A DNA stretch of 43,792 nucleotides from an uncultured Candidatus Poseidoniales archaeon (lineage in GTDB: Archaea; Thermoplasmatota; Poseidoniia; Poseidoniales; Thalassarchaeaceae), in the NCBI GenBank assembly GCA_964441035.1, contig CAYYKF010000001.1:1-43792 (forward strand), given 5' to 3'. Each line of letters starts with the position of its first letter. Position 1 is the first letter of the stretch. Made by a program: the position numbers and the translations under genes. The notes beneath the pieces were generated by a model. It made no database searches. It had not been told where the DNA came from and saw only the letters and a program-made list of their open reading frames with translations. Positions 41,816 through 43,792 of this stretch are shown piece by piece.

Positions 41816-43660
41816 CTACGGACCTAGTGTACCATGCATCGGAATTGTACCAATATTGGGGCTCAAACCCACGGGTTGAGGCACACCAATCAAATCTGGG
41901 CTGAAAGCGGCGATGTTGAACAATAGCAAACAAAGTATGAGCATCATTCCTGCATGCTTCATTCCTGTTGCTAACCGACCTGTCGCCATTAGACCGGCCA
42001 TTGCACCATTACCCATGGCCTGCGCGCAAACCCCATAGAAGAAAACGACCAAGAAGAAAATGGGGTTTACTGCATTAATTTGCATGTTTCCAATTTGTGC
42101 ATCTTCTCCACCTGAATTACTCGAAGCAATCGCTGGAATGAATACCTTTGAAAGAATCACAATAACCACTAAGAAAACAATGAATGAGACCCAAATCACT
42201 GCAATGTAAGAACCAATTGCACGTTGTCGTTCGCCCTTCAAGAATTGAATTTCACGACTGTCGTTTGCCGCAGTTACAAGAATATCTGAAATTTTTCCTC
42301 CAGCTTTGTTGGCCTCTGAAACCAGACTAACGGCTCGCTTTACTAGCGGAGTTCCTACTCTTTCTGCAAACATATCAAGAACATCTGAAAAAGCGATACC
42401 CCAAGATAATTGATCTGACATTTTCTTAACTTCTTCATTCAGTGCCCCATATTCTGAGTTGGCAAGTGTCTTGACAGACAAGGTCATTGAAAGGCCACCC
42501 TTCCAGTACTCTGCTAGATCTCGAAGGAAATCTGGGAACTTGTCTTCGATTGCGTTAATCTTCCTCATTTGACGGTCAGAGTAAAGAGCTGCTGGATAGA
42601 CCATAACCAGCAAACCAATCCCAAAGAAATTGACGAAAAGAGTAGGGTGCATGTTCAATGGTCCCAATTTCAACTCTGGGCCAACCCACAAAGAACCATT
42701 ACTCATATATGCTGGAATTCCATCATAAGACTCAACTTCAATTGAGAAAGATACTTCATTCAGCAAATGTCCTTGTGGATCAAATCTGAATAACTGCAGG
42801 GGATTTGAAGAGGATGCTGAGAACGATACCTCTTCGGTAAATGTGATAGTATTGTCTGAGCAAGATTCAACAATACCGAGGATTTTGTTGTTTGAATCAT
42901 AAACAGTGTCACCTGATGAGAAATTGCCGATGAAATTTCCTGCATTTGGTCCACTGACTTCCTTTCTGACACAGGCCTCATTACCTTGAACTTGGATTAG
43001 TGTCCCTGTTTGTGATTCAGATACAACAGTCTGAGTATTCTTTATTGGTATGAAAACAACCCAAATTTGGTATTCACCAATTGGTTCGGCGTGAGGAATC
43101 GTATCCGAGCATTGTCCATCATTCGCGAAACATGTCATCGAAAGAAGTTTGTCAGTTCCATTACTATAGCCTTGGATGTCCTCTATGTGATGAATCTGAA
43201 CAAAATATCGATAATTATTACTCGCATCAGCAGATGACGTGACTGTCATCTCCTGTTGTGGGTGTGGGTGCCTCATATCATTTGAATCCATCAATTGAAG
43301 ACTACTCATACCTGGAACATGGAATGATTTGGCTGTCCCTGGAGCCTGAACCCTCAGCCAATTCTCTGACCATGATTCGATATGCGGTTTTTCATTGGTT
43401 AAGAAACATGATTCATTATCAAAATATGAGGGGCCGTTCACATCTGCAGGGTCAAATGAATCGGGACAAGCCAAATTGACAAACATAGGATTACCATTCG
43501 CCGGCTTAAACACGAGGTCAGAATTAGTAATCCAAAATCCAAAGCAAAACAATCCAAGCATTACTCCAACCATCAGAATCGCAAGGAAGGTGGTTTGGGT
43601 ATTGTCATCTTTAGGCAAATTTAGATCGACACGAATCTTTTCATTCTTTTTACGCGCCAT
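41816..43660 (-). CDS. T2SSF-family (FlaJ/TadC/UpsF-like) pilus platform membrane protein with an N-terminal ~290-aa extracellular domain
   Basis: The C-terminal 250 aa read FPDFLRDLAEYWKGGLSMTLSVKTLANSEYGALNEEVKKMS...VGTPLVKRAVSLVSEANKAGGKISDILVTAANDSREIQFLKGERQRAIGSYIAVIWVSFIVF. That is one T2SSF repeat plus flanking TM helices. The N-terminus has TM1 (aa 24-45), then a Cys-containing non-membrane segment (aa 46-338). SD GGGGGGTGAT lies 5 nt upstream. Confidence 0.75.
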   Translation of the reverse strand: MARKKNEKIRVDLNLPKDDNTQTTFLAILMVGVMLGLFCFGFWITNSDLVFKPANGNPMFVNLACPDSFDPADVNGPSYFDNESCFLTNEKPHIESWSENWLRVQAPGTAKSFHVPGMSSLQLMDSNDMRHPHPQQEMTVTSSADASNNYRYFVQIHHIEDIQGYSNGTDKLLSMTCFANDGQCSDTIPHAEPIGEYQIWVVFIPIKNTQTVVSESQTGTLIQVQGNEACVRKEVSGPNAGNFIGNFSSGDTVYDSNNKILGIVESCSDNTITFTEEVSFSASSSNPLQLFRFDPQGHLLNEVSFSIEVESYDGIPAYMSNGSLWVGPELKLGPLNMHPTLFVNFFGIGLLVMVYPAALYSDRQMRKINAIEDKFPDFLRDLAEYWKGGLSMTLSVKTLANSEYGALNEEVKKMSDQLSWGIAFSDVLDMFAERVGTPLVKRAVSLVSEANKAGGKISDILVTAANDSREIQFLKGERQRAIGSYIAVIWVSFIVFLVVIVILSKVFIPAIASSNSGGEDAQIGNMQINAVNPIFFLVVFFYGVCAQAMGNGAMAGLMATGRLATGMKHAGMMLILCLLLFNIAAFSPDLIGVPQPVGLSPNIGTIPMHGTLGP

Positions 43661-43675
43661 CAGTAATCACCCCCC

Positions 43676-43792
43676 TCAGATTTTATTTTCTTCGCTCATC
43701 AGCCACACAAGACCGGAATATGCAATGTGAATCATTGGTAGCATACCCAAAACAATGCCATACACCATACCCTCACTAATCTGTGATCCTGC
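43676..43792 (-). CDS. C-terminal 38 codons of a membrane protein (5' part beyond the window end), possibly the second (TadB-like) platform subunit
   Basis: Hand translation gives ...AGSQISEGMVYGIVLGMLPMIHIAYSGLVWLMSEENKI* ending at TGA 43678-43676. It is hydrophobic and lies 15 nt upstream of the T2SSF gene. It is not in the ORF track because it is truncated. Confidence 0.5.
   Translation of the reverse strand, partial: AGSQISEGMVYGIVLGMLPMIHIAYSGLVWLMSEENKI

Noticed and set aside
1-43792. Search for CRISPR arrays, tRNA/rRNA genes, transposases, integrases and terminal inverted repeats
   Set aside because: I saw no regularly spaced direct repeats, no cloverleaf-compatible T-loop/acceptor pairs in the intergenic gaps, and no recombinase or transposase motifs in any ORF. 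I found no support for a mobile element or prophage.

Overview
This is a 43.8-kb, very densely coded archaeal chromosomal segment. Archaeal hallmarks:
- an Orc1/Cdc6 gene next to a 26% GC intergenic region with ORB-like inverted elements (putative oriC)
- an archaeal-type phosphopantetheine adenylyltransferase fused to a DUF359 dephospho-CoA kinase domain
- a 2-phosphoglycerate-kinase-like P-loop protein
- a FlaJ/TadC-type (T2SSF) platform protein followed by two pilin-like genes

Bacterial-looking metabolism sits alongside these:
- class I aldolase and GlpX FBPase
- biotin carboxylase, MoaE and MoaC
- an acyl-CoA cluster with two crotonases, a 3-hydroxyacyl-CoA dehydrogenase, an aldehyde dehydrogenase and a BoxB/PaaA-like diiron oxygenase

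There are also two very large surface proteins. One is 2769 aa. The other is a partial gene of at least 994 codons at the left edge, which the ORF track omits because it has no stop in the window.

Giant adhesin-like proteins, acyl-CoA catabolism and back-to-back convergent stop codons fit a streamlined planktonic euryarchaeon such as Marine Group II/Poseidoniales. That placement is inference only. I recognised no rRNA, tRNA, CRISPR array, transposase or integrase.

Most interesting candidates:
1. A Tad/Ups-like pilus module with a one-repeat platform protein carrying a ~290-aa extracellular domain, two translationally coupled pilin-like genes and an operonic membrane glycosyltransferase.
2. 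An orphan 889-aa winged-helix protein with an SD-led 10-codon upstream ORF and a palindrome centred on that uORF start, divergent from a small wHTH gene.
3. The BoxB-like oxygenase cluster, which is split by the giant surface-protein gene.
4. A 64% GC, ~335-nt intergenic element that looks like a structured RNA of unresolved family.

Start codons are often uncertain. The ORF track uses ATG, GTG and TTG and takes the longest ORF. Where an SD-like GGTGA/GGAGG motif or homology logic favoured an internal start, I used that start and noted it.
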